From contig JANPLN010000048.1 in assembly GCA_031426555.1 (NCBI GenBank), forward strand, positions 1 through 23,778: a stretch of 23,778 bases of DNA, in the 5' to 3' direction. Made by a program: the position numbers and the translations under genes. Shown in pieces: positions 16,706 to 23,778 of this stretch (position 1 is its first letter; the number at the start of each line of letters is the position of its first letter). This DNA is from Bdellovibrionales bacterium. Lineage in GTDB: Bacteria > Bdellovibrionota > Bdellovibrionia > Bdellovibrionales > JAGQZY01. A model generated the notes under the pieces. The model worked only from the letters and a program-made list of their open reading frames with translations, had not been told where the DNA came from and did not search any database.

Positions 16706-19476
16706 TAGGCTGCCTCTCCCGCGGAAACTATGGCTTCATTAGCCTCTTTCCATAACTCTGTGAAAGAGAATTCTTCTAATCTACTTGCCGATGACAAAAA
16801 GTACTCCTGCAATAGCGGGTAAATCTGCGAGGTCCAGACCTCACTCAGGGTTTTTTTGCTAAGGGTGCGTGAGTCCTTAAAAAGGAAATAGGAGTGGCCA
16901 ATCTGCAGTCGAGGGTCTCCGATTTTCGCATTTATAAGATCTATAAAGTTTAAACAGGCTTTAAGCTCTGTGGCGTTAACCGATCGGTAGTGACTGCTTA
17001 AAACTTCTGCTTGATATCCAAACTCTACGAATTGAAATCGTCTGCGGAGCGCATAATCCACGAGGGCTAAGGAGCGATCTGCACTGTTCATCGTAGCAAT
17101 CAATGTGACGTTGGACGGAATTGAAAACGGCTCCTGTGAGTACAGAAGCGGTAACCCCTCGTTACGATACTCTAGAAGATACATGAGTTCCCCAAAGATC
17201 TTGCTTACATTGCCACGGTTGATCTCATCAATGATCATCACAAACTGTTCACCCGGTGCCTTACGGGCTTGGTCGCAAAATTCGACAAAAGTTCCCTTTT
17301 TTATTAAATAGGTCATTTGCCCAGCAACAACATGCGGCCGGATGCCCTCGATGAATTGCTCATATCCATAACTTTGGTGGAATTGTACTTTGCGGACGTG
17401 CTTTATTGACTTAGTCAAAGCGCGGGCAAGGTTATGGGCGGCTCGGCTTTTACCTGTACCCGGGGGGCCGAAGAAAATGATCTGTTTGGGATCTGCTTTT
17501 AGCTGCTCCGGCGTACCTAGCATTTGGTGTAATTGAGCAGCTACTGGATTCGTGCTGTGCCAATTTTGATCTGCGCAAAAGTCAGTCCATGTATAACTGA
17601 CTGGTGGAATATCCAAGTCAACGACCTCATCGCCAGGAACACCTTGTACTTTTTCGAGTAAAATTTCTGGATTGTCATTGGTGGCTAAAATATACAGCGG
17701 CAATAGTAATTGGAAAGTCTCGCTGATTTTTTCCGTTAGCTTTTCACCCATACTTTCAACCTCATCTGGACTTAATGAGAAATCAAAATTTGGGGCCATG
17801 AATGGCGTGTGGCATGCCGCTTTAATTGTCTTTACATCCATATTGTTCGGAAAGGAATCCATTTTCTCTTTCCAGTTCCATATTCTAAGGCTAATTCCGG
17901 CGTCTTTTAATCTTTGAAAGTAGTCTTCGTCCAACCACTGCCCGTTCTCAAGATGATTTATTAATCTTTGTTTGTATTCCTCAGATTTGTGTCCGAACCC
18001 AAATCCGAACTTCATTTTATCTGAATAAAAAATTACATATAATTGTGCAGCTTCAATGCGTTTGGATTCTGATGGAAAGAAGGCACCCCAATAATGATCA
18101 TGTATCCCACCCTTCCCATAATCATTTTTTTGAATAACGCTTAATATTCCTGAACGAGTCTCAATGCTGTCGCCAAGTACGGCGCTTACGCCAGGCGCGA
18201 GATTTTGAAATAACGCCCGAGCAGGATCGCGCAGAAGAGATTCATACTTTAATTTAGACTTCTGGTACGTTTCACGGGTTGGCGATTTGCGATAGGTCAT
18301 TAGCAGCTCAAAGGCTTCTTTTGTAAAGCCATTGAATGATGCGATTTGTTCTTCTTTTTTAATTGGATTGGCTGACGGTAAGTTGCTCTCAATATTCGAA
18401 AAGTTTTTGTTGTGTTTGGCTATTCGGCCAAATACTTTCTCTTTGAAGTCTTCGTCTTCCAATTCTTTCATCGTGACGTTATCGAAGAAAAAATCGCGCA
18501 TTTCCTCGTCGTCAGTTATACTAACAGCAACAAATGGCTCTAGAAATTTAACCGGCCGTTGATGCCCGTGCTTTGTTGATGGATTAAACTGGTAATCTCC
18601 AGTCACCGTGGCAAGCCCAATGATTTTACCCTTCGCATAGTAAAGAACCATATCGCCATTTTCCAACTCATCGCGAATCATGCCGAACTGTCCTTCGAGA
18701 TAAGAAGTATCTCCGCTCTCCCCAGCATTGATCGCCTTGAGAGCTGCTTGTTTAATATCAGCGTCTTGAATCGAGCCTGAGACATTCCAGCCAATAGCGG
18801 CAACCGAGGCTGTTCGCATCGTCTCCCACTCGCTGCCTACCGCCCCCGGTGACAACTTAAAGACTCTCGGCAACTCATTGTCTGCGTCTTGATCCTCAAG
18901 ATAGAAATGGTACAAACCATCTAACTCAGAGATTGTGCAACCAACTGCCTCACACAAGGCATGCGATACGTCGTACACGTGTTGATAATTTTCACCGTAG
19001 CTCATAACGCTAGCTCTTTCGAACAATCCAAAATCTTTCAAACATGTGACCGTCTTTCTATTGCGGACTGGGTATTTTTCTGGGTACATTGTAAAGAGAA
19101 TTGCGGTGTAGACAGCACTTCCAAAGCCCTTGATCGTCTTACCCTTTGTACGCGGGCGAAACTCATCTATTCGTTCTGCTATCGGACGTGATTCATCTAA
19201 CAGGGTCGTTAAAACTTTTCGTAGAAGGTTAATGTCTTTTAAGATCATTCCATTCTGCCGATGGATGCCAGTCCAGTGTTCATTTTCTTTAAACGAAGTG
19301 AAGCGACTAAACTCCTCCGCACTTAATGAAGCGATATGATTAACAGAAAAAATTGGCTGAAATTTACTGAAAAGTCGTTGGTCGCGTAATTTCTTCTCTT
19401 CCGTTCGCACTTTTGGAAGAAGTAACTTAAGTTTTTCTGCAGCGGCTTTGACTTTTTCTTGATCGAAAGATGACAT
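16705..19476 (-). CDS. mcrB: McrB-family AAA+ GTPase with a long multi-domain N-terminus
   Basis: Walker A GPPGTGKS, VQFHQSYGYEQFIEG, Walker B IIDEINRG, McrB signature MNSADRS, ALRRRF, QIGHSYF. The ATG at 19476 follows AAGGGG; the alternative start is 19497. Confidence 0.92.
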   Translation of the reverse strand: MSSFDQEKVKAAAEKLKLLLPKVRTEEKKLRDQRLFSKFQPIFSVNHIASLSAEEFSRFTSFKENEHWTGIHRQNGMILKDINLLRKVLTTLLDESRPIAERIDEFRPRTKGKTIKGFGSAVYTAILFTMYPEKYPVRNRKTVTCLKDFGLFERASVMSYGENYQHVYDVSHALCEAVGCTISELDGLYHFYLEDQDADNELPRVFKLSPGAVGSEWETMRTASVAAIGWNVSGSIQDADIKQAALKAINAGESGDTSYLEGQFGMIRDELENGDMVLYYAKGKIIGLATVTGDYQFNPSTKHGHQRPVKFLEPFVAVSITDDEEMRDFFFDNVTMKELEDEDFKEKVFGRIAKHNKNFSNIESNLPSANPIKKEEQIASFNGFTKEAFELLMTYRKSPTRETYQKSKLKYESLLRDPARALFQNLAPGVSAVLGDSIETRSGILSVIQKNDYGKGGIHDHYWGAFFPSESKRIEAAQLYVIFYSDKMKFGFGFGHKSEEYKQRLINHLENGQWLDEDYFQRLKDAGISLRIWNWKEKMDSFPNNMDVKTIKAACHTPFMAPNFDFSLSPDEVESMGEKLTEKISETFQLLLPLYILATNDNPEILLEKVQGVPGDEVVDLDIPPVSYTWTDFCADQNWHSTNPVAAQLHQMLGTPEQLKADPKQIIFFGPPGTGKSRAAHNLARALTKSIKHVRKVQFHQSYGYEQFIEGIRPHVVAGQMTYLIKKGTFVEFCDQARKAPGEQFVMIIDEINRGNVSKIFGELMYLLEYRNEGLPLLYSQEPFSIPSNVTLIATMNSADRSLALVDYALRRRFQFVEFGYQAEVLSSHYRSVNATELKACLNFIDLINAKIGDPRLQIGHSYFLFKDSRTLSKKTLSEVWTSQIYPLLQEYFLSSASRLEEFSFTELWKEANEAIVSAGEAA

Positions 19477-19790
19477 GGGTACCCCTTGATTGTTCATCTT
19501 TCTAATCGGAAATTTTTATAACTTAGTTTAGTTTGGTCCCCACTAAAAACTATTATTTTCAAAGATTTACATACACCTGGACTCGATCATATATTGTGAT
19601 TGGTTTTCATAGGCCAAATAGAACTTGGATAAATGTATCGGCTATTCAACTATGTCCGGTAGTTGGACCTGTTGATACGACTGGACATTCGGATTGCACA
19701 AGACCTCACTACAGACTCTCATTGATATTCGCTTCAAAAGCAGACAGAATTTGATGAAAATGGTTCTCTCATCGAGAAACGGAGTCAATT

Positions 19791-20051
19791 ATGGCAACCA
19801 AGTGTAAATACTGCGCATCTACGTCTTACGGGGCGGGATGCTCAAAGAGCCCACATAAACATCATGAGCATGCGAACGTCGACGAAAAACATTGTGTCTT
19901 CTGTAATTCTACTTCTTACGGCGCAGGTTGCTCCAATAGTCCTCACAAAAAACATCAACATGGTAGCACCGGGCAAAAGTGTGTTTATTGCGGCTCAAGC
20001 TCTACGGGGGCTGGTTGCTCCAACAGTCCACACAAAAACCACGAACGATAG
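19791..20051 (+). CDS. Small Cys/His-rich tandem-repeat protein, putative zinc-binding
   Basis: GGAG RBS 6 nt upstream. Three repeats of CxxCxSxSxGAGCSxSPHKxH. The repeats conserve amino acids while synonymous codons differ, which supports coding status. Confidence 0.8.
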   Translation: MATKCKYCASTSYGAGCSKSPHKHHEHANVDEKHCVFCNSTSYGAGCSNSPHKKHQHGSTGQKCVYCGSSSTGAGCSNSPHKNHER

Positions 20052-20054
20052 ATA

Positions 20055-20185
20055 AACCAGCTTTAGTTCATCAGCTTTTTTATAAGCGCGGCGAAATCGA
20101 ACCATATCGAAGACGTGCACATCATCACCTGCAAAAAGAATTGCGAGTTCGATATCAAGAGCTTCGGCAATTTGTTTGAGGGGCT
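20055..20185 (-). pseudogene. Possible C-terminal remnant of an XRE-family regulator
   Basis: LKQIAEALDIELAILFAGDDVHVFDM resembles the last helices of an HTH_3 domain. The N-terminal helices are not recognisable upstream. Confidence 0.4.
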
Positions 20186-20217
20186 TTTTAAGACGAATTG
20201 CAATAGATCTATAAAAA

Positions 20218-20234
20218 TTGGCACGGATACTGCT
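20218..20234 (+). promoter_or_regulatory. Sigma54 (-24/-12) promoter upstream of the alcohol dehydrogenase
   Basis: TTGGCACGGATACTGCT matches TGGCACG-N4-TTGCW with one mismatch and correct GG-N10-GC spacing, about 65 nt before the ATG. Confidence 0.65.
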
Positions 20235-20299
20235 GATACATTCTAAAGTTAGCTCATCGACGTCGTGCACGTGGAATTTAAGCACATCAAGGGAGTATT

Positions 20300-21424
20300 A
20301 TGGTACAGGTCATCGGCTACGCGGCAAAATCTAAAACTAGTTTGCTAAAGAGTTTTGAATTCTTACGTAAAAACTTAACGGCGCAAGACGTACAAATTGA
20401 TATTCAATATTGTGGAGTGTGCCACTCGGACGTTCATCAAGCGCGCAACGAATGGCATAATACCCAGTATCCCTGCATGCCTGGTCACGAAATTGTTGGT
20501 GTGGTTGAAAAAGTTGGACGTGGAGTTAAAAAATTTAAAGTCGGCGATTTAGTCGGCGTTGGGTGCATGATTGATTCTTGCGGAAAATGTCAATCCTGCA
20601 GAAATGGCGAAGAGAATCTGTGTGAAAAAGGTGCGCTGGCAACTTACAACGGGAATATGCGAAAACCGACAGATCATGAAAACACTTACGGCGGTTACTC
20701 AAATAAAATAGTTGTGCATCAAAATTTCGTTCTGACGATTCCAAAAAAATTAGCGCCCGAGTCTGCAGGCCCGATTTTATGTGCGGGTGTCACCACATAC
20801 TCTGCCTTAAAGCGCTGGAAGGTAGGTCGCGGAACAAAAGTTGGCATAGTAGGTATTGGTGGGCTTGGACACATGGCCATCAAACTAGCGAATGCCATGG
20901 GCGCTGAAGTGACCGCGATTACCGGGCATAAAAATAAATCCCAAGATGCACTGGGATTTGGAGCGAATCACGTTTCATTGTCCACAGATAAAAACGCCAT
21001 GAAGAACGCGGAAAGCAGCCTCGATTTTATTTTAAGTACGATTCCCCAATCGCACGACGTGAATCCTTACTGTGACCTTCTTAAAAACGATGGCGTGTTG
21101 ACAATCGTTGGCTGTATTGCGCCCACATCCAAACCCGTAGACCTTAGTAAAATGCTGATGAGTCGTCGTGTGCTGGCCACATCAATCATTGGTAGCATCG
21201 CCGAAACCCAAGAAGTTTTAGAGTTCTGTGCCAAACATGATATCGCACCCGATACAAAACTGATTAACATTCAAGAAATCAATGATGCTTTCGATCAACT
21301 TGATAAAGGCGAGGTGGATTACCGTTTCGTGATTGATATGTCGTCGTTGGAAGGCGAACACGAATCGAAATCTCTGCTAAAGACCATGGGGATTATAGGC
21401 AAAAAAGAAAGCCAGCAGCACTAA
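20300..21424 (+). CDS. NAD(P)-dependent Zn alcohol dehydrogenase (cinnamyl-ADH/YahK-like MDR)
   Basis: CGVCHSD, PGHEIVG, structural Zn site CGKCQSCRNGEENLC, GPILCAGVT, GIGGLGHMA, YRFVID. AAGGGAG RBS. Confidence 0.95.
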   Translation: MVQVIGYAAKSKTSLLKSFEFLRKNLTAQDVQIDIQYCGVCHSDVHQARNEWHNTQYPCMPGHEIVGVVEKVGRGVKKFKVGDLVGVGCMIDSCGKCQSCRNGEENLCEKGALATYNGNMRKPTDHENTYGGYSNKIVVHQNFVLTIPKKLAPESAGPILCAGVTTYSALKRWKVGRGTKVGIVGIGGLGHMAIKLANAMGAEVTAITGHKNKSQDALGFGANHVSLSTDKNAMKNAESSLDFILSTIPQSHDVNPYCDLLKNDGVLTIVGCIAPTSKPVDLSKMLMSRRVLATSIIGSIAETQEVLEFCAKHDIAPDTKLINIQEINDAFDQLDKGEVDYRFVIDMSSLEGEHESKSLLKTMGIIGKKESQQH

Positions 21425-21586
21425 CCACCAAGATCCTTCGCTTAGGATAACGTGCTATCCGCTTTTGCGGCGCTATCGACCTATCCGTATTCTTGGTGCT
21501 TCTAGGTCTTTTTTTCACAAACCAAGTTTGGCCTTCCGCGGGCCTGCTAAATATGATTTACAGAGAGCTCTAGCCCGGAGGCCTCG

Positions 21587-21979
21587 ATGTCCAAATTAGC
21601 AGTGGTTCTTGTAGTCAGTTTGTTTTGCAGTCTTTCATTTTCCAAAACGCATGATTGCGTTGTGAAAGGGAGTGATCAAGCTGAAATATTATTTTCCATC
21701 GATCTCAACGCTGGCCAAGGGGAGTATGTTCCCGATATAGAGGGCAATGACCACCTTGGGAAAGTGATTCCTTTGCTTTACGATAAACCAACGGGTAAGT
21801 TTTATTATCTGTCGCTCACAGCGGATAAAACAGTTATTAATCTTGGGATTTCGAATGTTATAAAACGGCAGAACATTGGTAACTTTATCCTCTCAGCTGG
21901 ATCGTTGAATTACATTGGCTACAACGACCACACCTCTGGCGCGACGATCGGGTGCAAAGCCATTGATCTCGAACTTTAA
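21587..21979 (+). CDS. Small secreted hypothetical protein
   Basis: GGAGG RBS. Signal-peptide-like N-terminus MSKLAVVLVVSLFCSLSFS. A Cys near each end of the mature chain could form a disulfide. Confidence 0.7.
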   Translation: MSKLAVVLVVSLFCSLSFSKTHDCVVKGSDQAEILFSIDLNAGQGEYVPDIEGNDHLGKVIPLLYDKPTGKFYYLSLTADKTVINLGISNVIKRQNIGNFILSAGSLNYIGYNDHTSGATIGCKAIDLEL

Positions 21980-22012
21980 ACGATTTTAAAGCTCGGGAAC
22001 GAAAAACCTGAA

Positions 22013-23179
22013 TTACGAAGTGAGTAGATTCCACATTTTTTCTCTAACATGGACCATGCGGGTGAATTGGGCTTTGAGCGCGTCTAATTGCACTAAATGC
22101 CTTCGCGATTTTTTATAAGACTGCAGATATTTTTGAATTAGATGACGAATGATCACCGAATTCATATGAAATTCCGTGTAATCCTCGCCAATGGCGGCGC
22201 GGATCTTGGTGGTGCTAAAATCAATTTTCAAGTTCGCAAAAGTGCTGTTTTTTTCTATTTTTCTTTGGATGATCTGGCTTATCCTATTTGTTGGCGGAGA
22301 CAGCTGGATTTTTAGGCCAAGCTCTTCGTTGATCAATTGGGCGAATTGCTCAATTTTTAAAGATTTCTTGGCGACGCAGTGAAAAATCTCCACTGATGTG
22401 GGCTCGGCAGTGGGCCCATTAGGTCGCTCGGACAACTGAAGAGCTTGCTGGCAAAGGTAATCCACCGGGATAAGATTAGCCTCTGCGGCGGGATTTAAGC
22501 CGATTTGGATATTCTCCGTCCACAGATATTTTGCAAAGCAGAGCCCATTGAGAAAAGAGTAAAAACCAAATTGTGAGCTGCCGTGCCAGCCGGTGTGTTC
22601 GTGGCCAACGACCACACTGGGTCTGAAAATACTCACCGGGAGTCCATAAACCTCAGCGGCGCGAGAAAGAGTCATCTCCGCACTCCATTTGCTGACTTGA
22701 TAGGGATTGATCAGCACCGGATCCAAGTGAAGATCCTCGCTGGCGCTGAGTTTTTGCACCCCGGTCGTATAGGCCGTAGATACGTGATAAAAGCGGCGGC
22801 ATTTTGTGGTCTCGGCAATTAATTTATAGAGCTGAAATGTATTTGTTAAATTTTGATTCATCGCTTTTTCTAATTTTTTAGGATTGTAAGTCATCTCGGC
22901 GGCGCAATGCCAGACTTCATCAACACCTTTAAAATTTTCGTTTTTAAGCAAAGCCTGCAAGTTGCAGTAATCGACCTCAATCACACTGAGTAAATCCAAG
23001 TTGATCGCCGTTGGGGATACTTCGAAACCATTGGCTGCAGCTCTTACGGCTTGCCGCGTTCGCGCGCCGCCAGGGTCGTTTCGAGAAAGGGCGATGACTC
23101 GATTCTTTTTACGGAGAAACTCCATAGACAGAGAGCTTCCAACAAAACCCGTCGCTCCTGTAATTAAAATCGTTTTCAT
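22013..23179 (-). CDS. Extended SDR oxidoreductase (NAD_binding_4 / fatty acyl-CoA reductase-like)
   Basis: ILITGATGFVG, VWHCAA, YHVSTAY, NPYQVSK (YxxxK), IFRPSVVVG, NLIPVDY. Confidence 0.9.
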   Translation of the reverse strand: MKTILITGATGFVGSSLSMEFLRKKNRVIALSRNDPGGARTRQAVRAAANGFEVSPTAINLDLLSVIEVDYCNLQALLKNENFKGVDEVWHCAAEMTYNPKKLEKAMNQNLTNTFQLYKLIAETTKCRRFYHVSTAYTTGVQKLSASEDLHLDPVLINPYQVSKWSAEMTLSRAAEVYGLPVSIFRPSVVVGHEHTGWHGSSQFGFYSFLNGLCFAKYLWTENIQIGLNPAAEANLIPVDYLCQQALQLSERPNGPTAEPTSVEIFHCVAKKSLKIEQFAQLINEELGLKIQLSPPTNRISQIIQRKIEKNSTFANLKIDFSTTKIRAAIGEDYTEFHMNSVIIRHLIQKYLQSYKKSRRHLVQLDALKAQFTRMVHVREKMWNLLTS

Positions 23180-23295
23180 GAACTTACCACATTATAGTTT
23201 TATGATTAAACTGGATGGTAGCGGCGGATCGAAGACAAAGCAACGCTTTTGCTTGAAGCCCCGCTAATCTAACAAATATCAAAAAAATTCAGGCT

Positions 23296-23778
23296 TTAAA
23301 GCTCTGGCACAGAAAAACTGACAAGCTCAGGATCGATGCTATCGAGCAATGTTTTGAGCATTTGCTCTTCCGCTTCGGGACTAGGTCGATGCTTTTCGTT
23401 CTCTTTTTGCAGATTTGTGATTGCGGACTGGATATCAAGACTTGTGATGCGCCACTGCCCGTCAAATTGTTTCGCAGTGAGCTCGTAACCCTGCATGTGG
23501 CGAAGATTTATATAAAACAGGATGTTGTCGCCAAGGACCGCAGTCGCTGCTTGGGCGTGATGCATGTTCCAGCTTTTAAAGTTCTCGCCAGTTGCAAAAA
23601 AGTACACCTGGGGGGTTTTCCAGTCTGGCAAAAAAACCACCACAGCTTTAGCGCCAAAAAGTGAAGGATCCCCGGCCGAATAGTTATGGGTAAACAACTG
23701 GCCCGCGTTCCGGGTGGTTAAATGGGAGTACATCGGCGCCTGGCGATCGCGCGAGATGGCCATCACACTAACGCTTGT
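23296..23778 (-). CDS. Hypothetical protein, probably 5'-partial
   Basis: The frame stays open to the window edge (TSVSVMAISRD...). No motif recognised. Confidence 0.55.
   Translation of the reverse strand, partial: TSVSVMAISRDRQAPMYSHLTTRNAGQLFTHNYSAGDPSLFGAKAVVVFLPDWKTPQVYFFATGENFKSWNMHHAQAATAVLGDNILFYINLRHMQGYELTAKQFDGQWRITSLDIQSAITNLQKENEKHRPSPEAEEQMLKTLLDSIDPELVSFSVPEL

Noticed and set aside
7105..19339. Numerous short plus-strand ORFs antisense to the helicase, mod, res and mcrB genes
   Set aside because: Shadow ORFs of long, motif-supported genes. The same applies to the ORFs nested in the VRR-NUC, PEGA, WYL, adh and SDR genes.
19503..19530. Sigma28-like TAAA...TCCGATTA upstream of mcrB (minus strand)
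   Set aside because: The -10 is suggestive, but the spacing is off consensus and the -35 is ambiguous.
19533..19754. 73-aa plus-strand ORF
   Set aside because: TTG start without an RBS, no motif, and located in a divergent promoter region.
21431..21451. AGATCCTTCGCTTAGGATAAC, a REP-like hairpin after adh
   Set aside because: Single copy in the window with only a 5-bp stem. A genome-wide search would be needed to call it a repeat.
23219..23266. Imperfect hairpin TAGCGG...AAGCAA-N5-TTGCTT...CCGCTA between the last two genes
   Set aside because: The stem is weak and interrupted, so it cannot be supported as a terminator or riboswitch without folding and covariance analysis.
1..23778. CRISPR array, tRNA/rRNA, integrase or att direct repeats
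   Set aside because: I read the intergenic regions and saw no regularly spaced repeats, cloverleaf or recombinase motifs. Short att repeats could be missed by eye.

Overview
Bacterial genomic window; a Bdellovibrionota-like host is my impression only. Its core is an approximately 18 kb defence and accessory island (about 2030-20190) between ordinary-looking genes. The left flank is a 5'-truncated FAN1-like VRR-NUC/DEDDh exonuclease fusion. The right flank has a sigma54-preceded Zn alcohol dehydrogenase, a secreted protein, an extended SDR and a partial hypothetical gene. From left to right the island holds: (1) an intact RelE/HigB-HigA toxin-antitoxin pair flanked by two orphan antitoxins whose toxins survive only as C-terminal scraps; (2) a C-rich two-gene unit encoding a secreted PEGA-domain protein and an HTH-WYL regulator; (3) a small hypothetical gene; (4) a tightly coupled minus-strand operon of an excisionase-like HTH, type III-like Res, a long Mod methyltransferase and an SF1/UvrD helicase with an N-terminal RelE-like domain; (5) an IS3 remnant; (6) an McrBC type IV system whose McrB appears to carry three N-terminal DNA-reader-like domains; (7) an 86-aa protein made of three CxxC-x8-C-x4-H-x2-H repeats. 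I saw no integrase, tRNA, rRNA or CRISPR array. All family calls come from recognising motifs by eye; no database search was run.
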